The notes: a model not told the origin generated them from the letters alone. A stretch of 64,000 nt of DNA from Macrostomum lignano (GCA_002269645.1 NIVC01000307.1:401585-465584), one strand, 5' to 3'; counted from the first letter of the stretch, positions 1 through 11,815 are shown. Numbers and translations are program-made.

Positions 1-129
1 CTAGGCTGGGAATTTTTGCGACTTACCCCTGGTCCACTACAATTTATCGTGGCCAGATTGGCTAGGTCGGCCAGTGGTTGCGCATGTATGTCTACCTTTG
101 TTGGTCATTGGCCTTTATCTAGAAGGACC

Positions 130-700
130 TTTTGGACCATCAACAGGTGGCACAAGGTGACTATAGACACTTGATGCAAATTTCTCTAGTTTTGCTAATC
201 AAGCCTTAACAGTAGGCAAACCTCAATTGCTAGGTATCCTCAGCTAGTCTCTTAAGCATTCTGTCATCTCCCCAACACTATACCTTCAAAAGATAATACC
301 AAGTGACTATAGACATCCTATTGCAAAAATATATTGGATTTTTCTTATCAAGCTTCAATAATAAACAAGACTCAACTGCCAAAAATCCTCAGCTAGTCTC
401 TCAAGTATTCAATCATTACCTAGACACCATTGGTACTTTCAACAGATGATACCAAGTTACTACAGATACCCTAATGTGTTTTTTCTATTTTTGCTAATCA
501 AGCCTTGACAGTCACATGGTGTTATCTGTTGAAGGAGCCTGCAATGTTGGGTGATAACAGAATGCTTAAGAGACTAGCAGAGGATATCTAGCAGTTAAGG
601 CTGACCTACTATTGAGGCTTGATTAGCAAAACTAGAAAAATTTATATCAGGATATCTACAGTCACTTGGTGTCATCTATTGAAGGTGCCAATAGTGTCCA
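130..700. repeat. Degenerate ~150-bp tandem repeat (about 3 copies) followed by an inverted copy
   Basis: cctcagctagtctc at 238 and 387; tttgctaatcaagcctt-like at 191, ~341 and ~490; the reverse complement (gcttgattagcaaaactag, cttaagagactag) lies at 565-640. Confidence 0.6.
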
Positions 701-840
701 GCTCTAGTGCAGCATAATTTTGGTAATTCAACAGGTGGAAAAATAGATTAGTATTCCTATTGTTAATTGATATGCATCAATTATGTCTTGGAAAAATGTA
801 TCTAAAAGCATATTTTATATGTTGCATAATATATATATAT

Positions 841-2330
841 TCTAATTGTTGGAAAAAATGTTAAAAAAATTGTTATAAGTTTATTCAGTGTAAAACTTTT
901 TCTTTACAGTGAGGTTATCAATCCTAAACGTAGTTACCATCATGATCAATAACCCTCTCCCAGTGTGTGTGCTAAGAGTAAATATCCTGGCTATAGATCT
1001 TTGCATTGGCCCTAAAAAAGTTTGTCAAGTGCGTTTTAGGTTGTCTTCATTTTTAAACTCCTTGCTGGCCATAGAATGGTCAAAAGTAGGGGGCGACCCA
1101 GTCCCGGGCCCGGGCCCGAAAAGTCGGGAATCCTAACCAAAATCGTGGCCCGACCTAGGCCTGGGTTCAACCCTAAAAAAGTCAGGAAATCGGGACAAGT
1201 CTTTTTTCCCTAAAGGCACTAACCTCGTGCGAATAAGAATAAACTCAAGACTCAAGCACTGCACGACTACAGTAACAGTAATAGATGATATGATGTGAAG
1301 TAGCAATATCATTGATTCGTAGTAGGCTCTTAAAGGAAAGCTATGTAAAGGAACTAAAAATTTAAATAAAAGAATCAATTGATTTGGTTCTTACTTCCTT
1401 ACTGCTTCCAATGCCAAGTGCCTTACACTTAATGCTTCAGCTTTTCTTCTTTTTGCTTACTGCCACTGCCAGCCACACTGCTGCAGTGCCTGCTCCCTGC
1501 TTGCCTACCTCACTTGCCTGTTAGTGTCACTGTCACTGGCATACACACAGTACTTGTGCCACAGTGACATTGAATTTGAACTATTGAGTATATTGATATT
1601 TGAGTATTAAGTCTTATAATGTAACTCTTATCTATTCTTAAGTCTTAACTAATGTATTAAATAATAATAATTTATTATATATTTATTATATATTTAATAC
1701 TTATTATATATTTTATATTATATTTTATTTAATATATTTATATATTTATTATCTATTTAATAGTAATCTGCATATGCTGAAAGTATTAAGATTTATTATG
1801 ATGATTTTTTTCCAATTATTGAGCTGTCCTAAAGATCTTGTCCCGAATTCCCAAGGCCCGACCCGGGCCCGACTTTGGCCATCCTGGTCGCCCCCTAAAG
1901 CAGCAAACAGGTAATATAATTGGTGAGTGCAAGATCTGGGCTATATGATGGGTAGGGAAGAATCTCCTGGTCCAGCTTGAGCAGCTTCTGATGGGTCAGC
2001 TGTACCTTGTGTGTAGGTGCATTGTCATGCAGCAAGATGACCTGGCAATGTTCAGGGTGCACCTTAGCTGGTTTCTGCTATAGGTACTCAAGCTGCTCAT
2101 GGTAGAAAGTAGCATTAATGTTCTTGTTCTTTAGCAGCAGCTCCCACATTATGATTCCCTTTGTGTCCCAATAGACTAAAAGCATGACTTTTTAGGGTGC
2201 AGCTCAGCCATTGTGAGCTAGATTTTTCTGATTCGCTTTTGCTGTGTGCCCCTATGTGCTAAAAATTTTGCTTGGCTTTTGTTGTACACCATTCATTGCT
2301 TTAAGAATTTGACCTTGGTTTTTTGGTTAA
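841..2330 (-). mobile_element. Decayed mariner (Tc1/mariner) transposase remnant, split by an insertion at 1087-1896
   Basis: Minus-strand translation with frameshifts and stops. 2200-1897: LHPK/VMLLVYWDTKGII...VILLHDNAPTH...ILPYPSYSPDLALTNY. It continues at 1086-924 as FDHSMASKEFKNEDNLK...HWERVIDHDGNYV*. These match mariner HDNA, YSPDLA and C-terminal motifs. A possible terminus lies next to the TA run at 829-841. Confidence 0.85.
1087..1896. mobile_element. Non-autonomous TIR element (MITE-like, 810 bp) nested in the mariner
   Basis: Perfect 12-bp TIR tagggggcgacc (1087) / ggtcgcccccta (1885-1896). Both ends share subterminal gtcggg and tcgggacaag motifs. Flanked by a 3-bp direct repeat aag. 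Confidence 0.75.
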
Positions 2331-2670
2331 ACAATCTTTAAAACATCTTATAAACCTTCGATTGAATTTAATGGATATATGAAATCCTACCTAATGTTTT
2401 TTAGGATGCCACAATCCTAAAATTGAAGTTAGAATGGGATATATTGATCCTAATCCTAAGATACCAGCAAAATGGAATCCCATCTCGATCCCAAACATTT
2501 TGATTTTGTCCAACCATTTGAACTTTAAAAACCCTACTATTGCTATCTAAGATATGCGCCATAGATTGTTGACATAGATACAAAGTACAAAGATTTATTG
2601 CACTATCTGCACTTTTACCCCAAGAGATAAGAGTCTACTCTGCCCCCCCCACACTTGCAGCAACAGCCAA

Positions 2671-2943
2671 ATGGCCTATCGACCTCAGCGAGTCCAGAAG
2701 ACCCAGGTGCTGCCAATCTCTCTCATATTTAGATTCCTACAAAGCCAAGCCCGAGTGCAGGTGTGGCTCTACGAACAGGTCAATGTTCGTATTGAAGGCA
2801 GAATTCTTGGCTTCGATGAGTTCATGAACATAGTCATGGATGACGCCGAGGAGGTGCACCTAAAAAGTCGCGGACGAAAGCGTATTGGCAGAATCCTGCT
2901 CAAAGGTGACACAATTACTCTCATTCAGGAGGCTTTGCAGTGA
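2671..2943 (+). CDS. SNRPE: Small nuclear ribonucleoprotein E (SmE), intronless, 90 aa
   Basis: [10 protein letters not shown]...[33 protein letters not shown]...[12 protein letters not shown] gives the Sm1/Sm2 motifs of SmE; AATAAA at 3063. Confidence 0.95.
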   Translation: MAYRPQRVQKTQVLPISLIFRFLQSQARVQVWLYEQVNVRIEGRILGFDEFMNIVMDDAEEVHLKSRGRKRIGRILLKGDTITLIQEALQ

Positions 2944-3344
2944 AATCTCGTGCGTTTTTTGCTTCTGCATCTTAAAATTCTTTAATGACATGAAATACTA
3001 CTACATTGTATGCCTATTAGTAATATAAAATTCATGTTTTTGCTCTTAGTTTCTCAATTTACAATAAAAAGTTTCCTTTCCAATTGTTTTGTATTAATAT
3101 TTTATTATTTATAATTTATAATCTAGTTAAAATTCTTGTCAACATTTTCCATCATGCTAATAAAACTTACGTGCGCATCCTTGCTACTTATTGTAATAGT
3201 CTGTTAGGCCGCTAAAAACTGCCTTTGTGTTTTTGATTGAATTTTAACGATTAAAAACCCTACTATTATAATTAAGCTGCTTAATACCCATTCTGGAAAT
3301 AATTTCCCTGTTCTAAAGGCACCTGGCTTTCTCTTAACACGTGC

Positions 3345-3698
3345 TCTATTCATACAGACACCCGTTCTATTCCTACAGACACCTGTCCTATTCCTACAGA
3401 CACCTATCCTATTCCTAAAGACACCTGTTCTATTCCTACAGACACCCGTTCTATTCCTACAGACACCTGTCCTATTCCTACAGACACCTATCCTATTCCT
3501 AAAGACACCTGTTCTATTCCTACAGACACCTATCCTATTCCTAAAGACACCCGTTCTATTCCTACAGGCACCCGTTCTATTCCTACAGACACCTGTCCTT
3601 TTCCTACAGACACCTGTCCTATTCCTACAGACACTTGTCCTATTCTTACAGGGCACCTGTTCTATTCCTACAGACACCTGTCCTATTCCTACAGACAC
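3345..3698. repeat. 21-bp minisatellite (acacctgtcctattcctacag)n between SmE and GNPDA
   Basis: Direct reading; it produces the RNRTGVC pseudo-ORF. Confidence 0.95.
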
Positions 3699-3824
3699 TT
3701 CCGAGCAATGCGCATAACCGGCGAAAAATAGCAGAACCGGCTATTTTATTCCAAAGAAGCCAATCCGATTAAAGAAGAAACCCTTCTCACGCCAGGAAAT
3801 GTTTATTGCAGCTTGGCCTGCAGA

Positions 3825-5086
3825 ATGCGCCTAGTAATTTGCGACACCGCTAATGACGTGGCGGAATGGGCTGCTGCCTACGTTAAGAAGCGGATATTGG
3901 ACTTTGCACCCGGCCCTGACAGGTACTTTACTCTCGGCCTGCCGACTGGCAGCACACCGCTAGGCATGTACCGTCGGCTGATTCGGTATTACAAAGACGG
4001 CGAGCTAAGCTTTAAATACGTGAAAACTTTCAACATGGACGAGTACGTTAATCTGCCACGCAGTCACGAAGAATCGTATCATTATTATATGTTTCATAAT
4101 TTCTTCTCGCATATTGACATCGATCCGAGCAATGCTCATTTGTTGGACGGCAATGCACCAGATTTAGATGCAGAATGTCAAGCATTCGAGCGCAGTATTA
4201 GAGAGGCTGGCGGTATTCGACTGTTCATTGGCGGGATTGGGCCTGACGGCCATATCGCTTTTAATGAGCCGGGCAGTTCGTTGAATTCTCGGACTAGGGT
4301 GAAAACACTGGCTCAGGTGAGTGGCTTGTTACCGGCACAGCATGCAATGTCAGCTTTAAAGATTACTTGAGCTGTGACACTCTTTACCATCAGTTGCTGA
4401 CAGGTGTCTGTAATGTAAGACCAGAATTGGACAGGTGTCTGTAGGAATAGAACAGGTGTCTGTAGGAATAGGACAGGTGTCTGTAGGATTAAGACGTGTC
4501 TAAGAATAGGACAGGTGTCTAGGAATAGAACAGGTGTCTGTAGGATTAAGACAGGTGTCTATAAGAATAGGACAGGTGTCTGCAGGTATAGGATAGGTGT
4601 CTTTTGGAGTACAGCATGTGTCTGTAGGAGTAGGACAGGTAACTGTAGGAATAGAACAGCCAGGTGTCTACAGGAATAGGACAGGTGGCTTTAAGAATAG
4701 GACAGGTATTTGATAATATAGAACTGATGGGTTATGCATCGTTTCTATATTGCTACATATCGGTCAATTTCCAGGAAACCATCGACGCCAATTCTCGTTT
4801 CTTTGGCAACGATAAATCGTTAGTGCCAACTCAGGCTCTAACAGTTGGCGTTGCCACGGTGATGGACGCTGACACGGTGATGATCCTGGTGACGGGTATG
4901 GCTAAAGCGTTCGCTCTGCACAAGGCCATCGAGTGCGGCATCAATCACATGTGGACTGTGTCCGCCTTTCAAAATCATCCGCAAGCGTTTTTCATTGTGG
5001 ACGACGATGCCACTGCGGAATTGAAAGTGAAAACTGTCAAGTACTTTCGCGGCCTGAATGCTGTGCATCATCAGTTGTTGGAGTGA
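3825..5086 (+). CDS. GNPDA: Glucosamine-6-phosphate deaminase, 2 exons (3825-4316, 4775-5086), 267 aa
   Basis: LGLPTGSTP, TFNMDEY, GGIGPDGHIAFNEPGSSLNSRTRVKTLAQ|ETIDANSRFF; phase-0 GT-AG intron 4317-4774. Confidence 0.95.
4405..4710. repeat. 21-bp minisatellite (ctgtaggaataggacaggtgt)n in the GNPDA intron; reverse complement of the 3345-3698 array
   Basis: The unit is the exact reverse complement of the upstream unit, and copies here are more degenerate. Confidence 0.9.
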
Positions 5087-5576
5087 CCTTTTTGTGACGC
5101 TGTGTTGTCTGACTGGTCTGATTAGTTCCACTCCGATTGTGCTGATTTCGAATTTGACTTTACCAGAATCAACCTTCAACCTTCAACCTTCAATCATTGA
5201 TAGATATATAGAGATATATTGATAAGTGGATAAAGTCGTTTCAAGTTTTTTTCAGTTTTTTAACACATCGTTTCACTACACTTCCCGATGATAAACATTG
5301 TTATTACGTCGTGTATTTCAGTTTCAAATTTGTTCGAATGTATCCGTATCTGACAGTAACATTATACAATACGTACCGGACCAATTAAAATGTAATAATT
5401 GCCATGTATTATTCACCGCATTCGTATTAAAGTATTGCATATTTATATTGATTTGATTGATTTGACCTACACTCGTACTTACCTTTTTATGTAATACATA
5501 CTTATTGAAGTGACTAGAACTGTATAATGCCCAAGTACTGTCGTCAGCTCTCTCGAAAAGAATTTTAGCAGCCCAC

Positions 5577-5700
5577 TTTCACAAACCCGAAACTTCACAA
5601 GCTCGAAATTTCAAAACCTCGAAAAAAGCTTATGAAGTCGCCTGCTAAAATTTTCGAGGTTGTGAAATTTCGAGCTTATGAAGTTTCGGGTTTGTGAAAG
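5577..5700. repeat. Inverted repeat with ~50-bp arms (2 mismatches) and ~25-nt loop, plus a partial third copy at 5709-5740
   Basis: tttcacaaacccgaaacttcacaagctcgaaatttcaaaacctcgaaaa pairs with ttttcgaggttgtgaaatttcgagcttatgaagtttcgggtttgtgaaa. Confidence 0.85.
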
Positions 5701-6207
5701 GAAGTGCTTTTCGAGGTTGTGAAATTTCGAGCTTGTGAAGCGACCCCATTTTGGCCATAGACATACGAGTACAAAGTGACAGAAACAACCAAAACCTAAG
5801 GCAAAACACATGTACACTGTAAGACTGTCCAATAAGCAGTACTGCAGATTCATAACGATTGTATTGTGCCAGATAGGCCAAGACGAGAAAGTGGCTTAAG
5901 GCGTAGACCGATATTTGATCGCTAAGGCACTCGGTATTGTGATACGCTCGTATTGTACAGCGAGAAAATGTACATGTACATCAACAGCTTGCGCACATGC
6001 AATCAACCAATCAATCATCTTAAACATCCGTAGAAGACTTTGTAAGCCTCTTAAATTGCTAGCGCTAGAGCTTCATCTGATGACGCTTAGAATTTAGTTG
6101 GTCTTCATAGATGGTCTATACCAATTTTGAGTGCGCATTACCATACATTGTTGGGTATAAGGGAGTTAGTTCTTTATCTATTATAGGGAGAATCGACTGG
6201 GCAAGTC

Positions 6208-6221
6208 GTTGCTATGGCGAC
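6208..6221. promoter_or_regulatory. RFX X-box-like palindrome GTTGCTATGGCGAC
   Basis: Close match to the RFX consensus GTTGCYATGGYAAC; target gene unknown. Confidence 0.35.
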
Positions 6222-6542
6222 TGTCCAATAGATCACATGAGAAGAGGGGAGAGAGATTTTTTAGTATTTGAAAGTAAGTGCAAAAGTTTTAGCGGTTGTG
6301 AAGTTTCGCGTTTAATAAAGTGACTGCAAAAAATTTAGCGGTTGCGAAATTTCGCGTTTGTGAGACCACCCAAGTCTGTCGTACAGTTCAGGAACTGCAT
6401 TCCCATAACAGCTCTGTACATGCAGCTTGTAACCAATAGCAACGAAACCTATATGTACCTCTTCTCCGGAAAAAAATTGACAGACTGCGCTCCTGAAAGG
6501 GGCCTCAGCCGTTCTCGCAAGTTTCGACCTTCTTAGCTAAAA

Positions 6543-7130
6543 ATGTGTTGCATCCTACGAGAGCATCTCACTCTGCGGTCTGTGATCTGGTCAGCAGTTT
6601 TCTTGCATGACAATCGGCCTGGTGATGACTGACCAGAACTGCCCAGCTCCGTTCCAGCTGCACTCAGCCACCCAGCTGTGCCTGTTCATCGAGTCCAGCC
6701 ACAGCTACAGCTGGTGCTCCGCCAACCGAAGGTGCGCTGAGCTGGGCGGAGAAGTATAATCAGCTCAATTGAGTCCATCGTAATTCCCTGCATGCTTGCC
6801 TCGAATCTGGTTAACAACATCACGGTTGACATGTGGACTGGACTCGGCTGGCAGAGAGTCAATGGCGGCGGCGAGTTACATGTACCTATAGAAATGACTC
6901 GGTTTGGTGCTGTAATGAGCCAAAACGACTGCTGTGAGCACACTGCGTTCGTTTTGTAAATAATCAGGGCCTCCACCTCGGCGACAGAGTCTGCAGCCAT
7001 TTGATCGGCTTCGTATGCCAGTTCGTCCTGCCGCCACCAAGTCGGCCGGCTACTGGACTCCAACGAGTTCAAGAGAACCCGCAACGACACGTACTACTGC
7101 CACGAGGAGCTGCAGCTGGTCAGGAGCTGA
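6543..7130 (+). pseudogene. C-type lectin domain pseudogene with several frameshifts
   Basis: Fragments in different frames: hydrophobic leader; CPAPFQLHSATQLCLFIESSHSYSWCSANRRCAELGGE; DMWTGLG; WCCNEP; HCVRFVNNQGLHLGDRVCSHLIGFVCQF. Together these give the CTLD cysteine pattern. Confidence 0.65.
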
Positions 7131-8105
7131 TCGAGTGGATCAAGCTGGTCAGGAGCTGATCGAGTGGATCAAGCTGGTCAGGTGCTGAGTGGGTCAAGCT
7201 GGTCAGGAGCTGAGTGGGTCAAGCTGTAGTCAGGAGCTGAGTGGATCAAGCTGGTCAAGAGCTGAGTGGATCAAGCTGATCAGGGCTGAGTGGGTCAAGC
7301 TGTAGTCAGGGCTGGGTGGGTCAAGCTGCAGTCAGGGCTGAGTGGGTCAAGCTGTAGTCAGGGCTGAGTGGGTCAAGCTGTAGTCAGGGCTGGGTGGGTC
7401 AAGCTGTAGTCAGGGCTGAGTGGGTCAAGCTGCAGTCAGGGCTGAGTGGGTCAAGCTGCAGTCAGGAGCTGAGTGGGTCAAGCTGTAGTCAGGGCTGAGT
7501 GGGTCAAGCTGCAGTCGGGAGCTGAGTGGGTCAAGCTGTAGTCAGGGCTGAGTGGGTCAAGCTGCAGTCAGGGCTGAGTGGGTCAAGCTGTAGTCAGGAG
7601 CTGAGTGGGTCAAGCTGTAGTCAGGGCTGAGTGGGTCAAGCTGCAGTCGGGAGCTGAGTGGGTCAAGCTGTAGTCAGGGCTGAGTGGGTCAAGCTGCAGT
7701 CAGGGCTGAGTGGGTCAAGCTGTAGTCAGGGCTGAGTGGGTCAAGCTGTAGTCAGGGCTGGGTGGGTCAAGCTGTAGTCAGGGCTGAGTGGGTCAAGCTG
7801 CAGTCAGGGCTGAGTGGGTCAAGCTGTAGTCAGGGCTGAGTGGGTCAAGCTGTAGTCAGGGCTGGGTGGGTCAAGCTGTAGTCAGGGCTGGGTGGGTCAA
7901 GCTGTAGTCAGGGCTGAGTGGGTCAAGCTGCAGTCAGGGCTGAGTGGGTCAAGCTGTAGTCAGGGCTGAGTGGGTCAAGCTGCAGTCAGGAGCTGAGTGG
8001 GTCAAGCTGTAGTCAGGGCTTAGTGGGTCAAGCTGCAGTCGGGAGCTGAGTGGGTCAAGCTGTAGTCAGGGCTGAGTGGGTCAAGCTGCAGTCAGGGCTG
8101 GATGG
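7115..8105. repeat. 26-bp minisatellite (gtagtcagggctgagtgggtcaagct)n with 27-bp variants
   Basis: Direct reading, ~37 units. Confidence 0.95.
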
Positions 8106-8390
8106 GTCGATCTTTTACTTTTTATAGATATGGGATGTTAATGGCGACTAATCTGGAACAATAATAACTGCTTTAGAAAAAATAAGTTTCTTAAAAAATA
8201 AATTTTGAAAAAAACTTGAAATTTAACGATCTACAGCTAGTACGTGTTTATCCTTATGAAATTATTTTTGGATCAAGTGTAGACAAATAGCTTCATTTGC
8301 TGTTCTTAATTTTAAAAGATACCTTGTACATGTAATATTGCAAGAGAAACTACTGTCGCAGGTGTTTTACCTCCTACTTTATCAATTTTA

Positions 8391-8473
8391 ATCCCACCGC
8401 TGATACCAAGTTGTCGCAGGGCTGATTCTTCCTTCTTAATAATATCCCACTATTGCCACCAAGTTGTAACAGG
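8391..8473 (-). mobile_element. Possible LTR-end plus tRNA-Leu primer-binding-site remnants, duplicated at 53-bp spacing
   Basis: Minus strand reads TGTTACA-act-TGGTGGCAATAGTGGGAT and TGCGACA-act-TGGTATCAGCGGTGGGAT. TATA-like (8864-8873) and AATAAA (8797-8802) signals lie upstream on the same strand. Confidence 0.35.
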
Positions 8474-11228
8474 CCTTCAATTTCCCTGCTATTGAATTTA
8501 TACTGCTGATACTAAATTCTGCCTTAATATTTCTAACTGTTTTCTTAGAATATTTTTCTGGGTAGCGTTCTCGTAGTATTTGGTCTGGTAGCGTATTATG
8601 TATTAGTCTGGTAGCGTCTTAGTATATGGCCTGAGCGGTCTTACTGGTATATGTACTTTCTCTCTCCAGTCTGGGCGTTACCGAGATTAGAGGGTCACAG
8701 CGATTACTCTTAGTACTTCTCTTTGCATGAATCCCAAGTGCAACCTTCAACCTTCTTCACAATACTCTTAGAAATGAACAATGATCTGAGAAAGATTTAT
8801 TGAACACGTTTTGAGCTTATAGCTAGCGAACGAGTTATCTCTTCTTCCTCTCAGCCTGCTCCTATTTATACTATTTGAACGTGTGTATTTTTAACAAATA
8901 TCGAATATTGAGAATATATAGAATATTTTGTAGAGTAAAACAAATTATTAGCGCAGATTCAAACTGTTATATTCCTAGAAACTATTAACCACTTCGACAC
9001 TACTATAATGCCACTAAAATAAACTTTAAAACAAAATCGAGTCCTCAATAAACTGCTTTATCTACCATATCCATCCTTAAATTTGATTAGCTCAAGGACC
9101 AAGATTCTCCAATATTAGTTTCTTCAATTTTTTTCCGCGCTAAAAATGAAGTTGACAGAAGATCGCAGCTTTGAACAGTTTCGCTTTTGCGGAATCTTTT
9201 GTGATGACTTTTTGATGCTGAGTATACATAATCTGCACTGTTAAATCTGTTGGCCTGTTGAAACAGATTAAGTTTTCTACTATTGTTTTAATCTTAATAT
9301 TCAAGTTTCAAAGTTTGCTGTTCCTTGACTGATTATAGGATTTACAGTAATATTTTGCAGAGCTGTTTTTGGTTGAAACAAATGAAACTAAATAGCGACA
9401 AAATGGTTCCAACAAGTCTAAACATTTTTTGTTGTTACTGTACGAGTAACAGTTCGGTTCTTCTCACGTAAATAAATACTTGGGATTCGAGCGATAACCA
9501 AAGAGTGACACATGGCTTCCAGTTCCCGTGCTCGCGGACGTAATAATACATAAGCGGCCAAGAAAATCATCCACAACCGTGGAAAATCGGTCAAATCGAT
9601 CGCCTCAGTCGACAAGTTATACGCCTGATAGCGACACAGCCACTGAACCGAACCGAATCGACGCTAAGCGGGTCCGACTATGCCGAGGCTTGTGCGACGG
9701 CTGACATTTCGGCGCAACGGCTTATGAATATCTGGTGGGAGTCGAATAACAAAATAGCTGAAAACGCATCCCACGTCCATCGCCGTAATCAAATGCACAC
9801 GGCCATTCGAGGAACGCTGGCCAAACTGATGCACGCCCGGACGTTCTGAACGTCAGTCTAGAAACAATTGGTTGATCCGACCTAATCAAGTTTGTCGACG
9901 ACGATCTGAAAGAAATGACGATGCGTACAGTTTCTGCGCGACAAGATTGCAGGCGTTAAAGTATGCCAGTTGCGGAACATTTTAGCCGCAGTCAATTGAC
10001 TTTATTAAAAACACAGTCAGTGCAATTCCTGCAATCAAAACCCTGCAATTTTAATTGTCTCAACCGCCTAGCCCGTGTGTTAGCAGACGCGCCCAACGAT
10101 GTAGCTGGTACAGCAGTGTTGTCTTATGCTCTGTAGCACGAGCTGCTCTCTATACCATCAGAAGATCGGTATATTTAAGATTGATACTGCATTGCACCTG
10201 AATCCTGTTCATTCTGATTGACTATAGCTCTACCAACTAAACGGGGACCAGCGGCAACAGGCTTACAGCTCGCACAACGCTGCTCTTGACCGCCGACGAG
10301 ATGAAGACCATACAGGCCAGATTATGTCAGCTTATCCACATGATAGATCTGTATTCGGGCATGGTCGGAATTACCAATTGTCGGGCCCTGCATTGTCAGT
10401 CGTTGGTCTGGCTGTCAACGAGAGTCGACTGCAGCTCCGCTTGGGACGTGGCGATATTTCAGAATGCGCGCCACTCAGCCGAGAGCTAGCATTCTTTGGC
10501 ACGGCTATTTTGCATAGTAATCGCGCCTCTTGCCATGGATCTATTAGGATATGCAAATTCCTAAAGCCTGCTCTAGTGGATCTCGGCGTCACAGTGTCCG
10601 ACAATCAGTGCCTCCTATTTCCGACAGCCCGCGGGTGTACCTCGTCCTACCGGTGACTACGAGTACTCTCGGCTTGTGAAAGAAGGAGCCGTGAGAGGCA
10701 TCGGAAGATACCTATCGAGCATGAGACGACGGAAGCGCAATCAATTGTGAGAGTATGCACGACTTCACCCTGACAAGATTAATCAGGTGACGCCGGTGTA
10801 TGACACGTTGAAACAGGTTGTCACGATCGATATTACGCCGCTACTGCCACTGATGCTGAGAGAAATTTCGCGTTGTGAAAGTAACCTCGTGCAGCCACTC
10901 TTTTAACTGACCTCTTCGTCATCCTGAAGGACGTACATGTAGTGGTCTGGGCCACCATAAATATGTGTCAGTCATTTGACGCAGCAAAGTGACTTGATGA
11001 ACAAATACTTTAATCTGTAGTCCTTGAATAATGCAGTTTCAGAAATGTACGGTACTCCTCGTATATTTAAAATCATTTGATGTTCTTTTGTCTATGGTGA
11101 AAATTTGCTAAAAAGTATAAATAAATCTATTACAACTTTAAAACCACACTCAGCAACATTGAAAAGTTTCCACCTTCGCGCCAGCCGTGTATATTTAGAG
11201 TTTCAAAACTGGTTTTTGTCGCCAGACT

Positions 11229-11492
11229 TGTGCCATAGACGACTGATGATTTCGTCAACACGCACTTGGGCCATAGACGATTGATGATTTCGTCAACACG
11301 CACTTGGGCCATAGACGATTGATGATTTCGTCAACACGCACTTGGGCCATAGACGATTGATGATTTCGTCAACACGCACTTGGGCCATAGACGATTGATG
11401 ATTTCGTCAACACGCACTTGGGCCATAGACGATTGATGATTTCGTCAACACGCACTTGGGCCATAGACGATTGATGATTTCGTCAACACGCA
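11229..11492. repeat. 38-bp tandem repeat (~7 copies) with an internal hairpin ttgatga-tt-tcgtcaa
   Basis: ccatagacga recurs at 11271, 11309 and onward; no spacers. Confidence 0.95.
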
Positions 11493-11600
11493 CTTTATTG
11501 ATTTATTGTACTACTTAATTTATGCGTCATCAGTAGCCCGTGATTATAAACTAAATCAAGTCAACAAAAAAATTATGCACACTATGTTAATACTTGCTAG

Positions 11601-11815
11601 ATTTTAACAAAAAAGTAATTTCATTTATTTTAACAAAAAAGTAATTTCATTTATTTTAACAAAAAAGTAATTTCATTTATTTTAACAAAAAAGTAATTTC
11701 ATTTATTTTAACAAAAAAGTAATTTCATTTATTTTAACAAAAAAAGTAATTTCATTTATTATAACAAAAAAGTAATTTCATTTATTTTAACAAAAAAGTA
11801 ACTTCATTTATTTTA
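11601..11815. repeat. 26-bp AT-rich tandem repeat (~8 copies)
   Basis: Unit aacaaaaaagtaatttcatttatttt. Confidence 0.95.

Noticed and set aside
10340-10375. IDLYSGMVG as DNA methyltransferase motif I
   Set aside because: It lacks the FxGxG pattern, and no PC or ENV motifs follow.
11229-11492. 38-bp hairpin-containing repeat resembling a CRISPR repeat
   Set aside because: Units abut with no spacers, there are no cas genes, and the context is eukaryotic.
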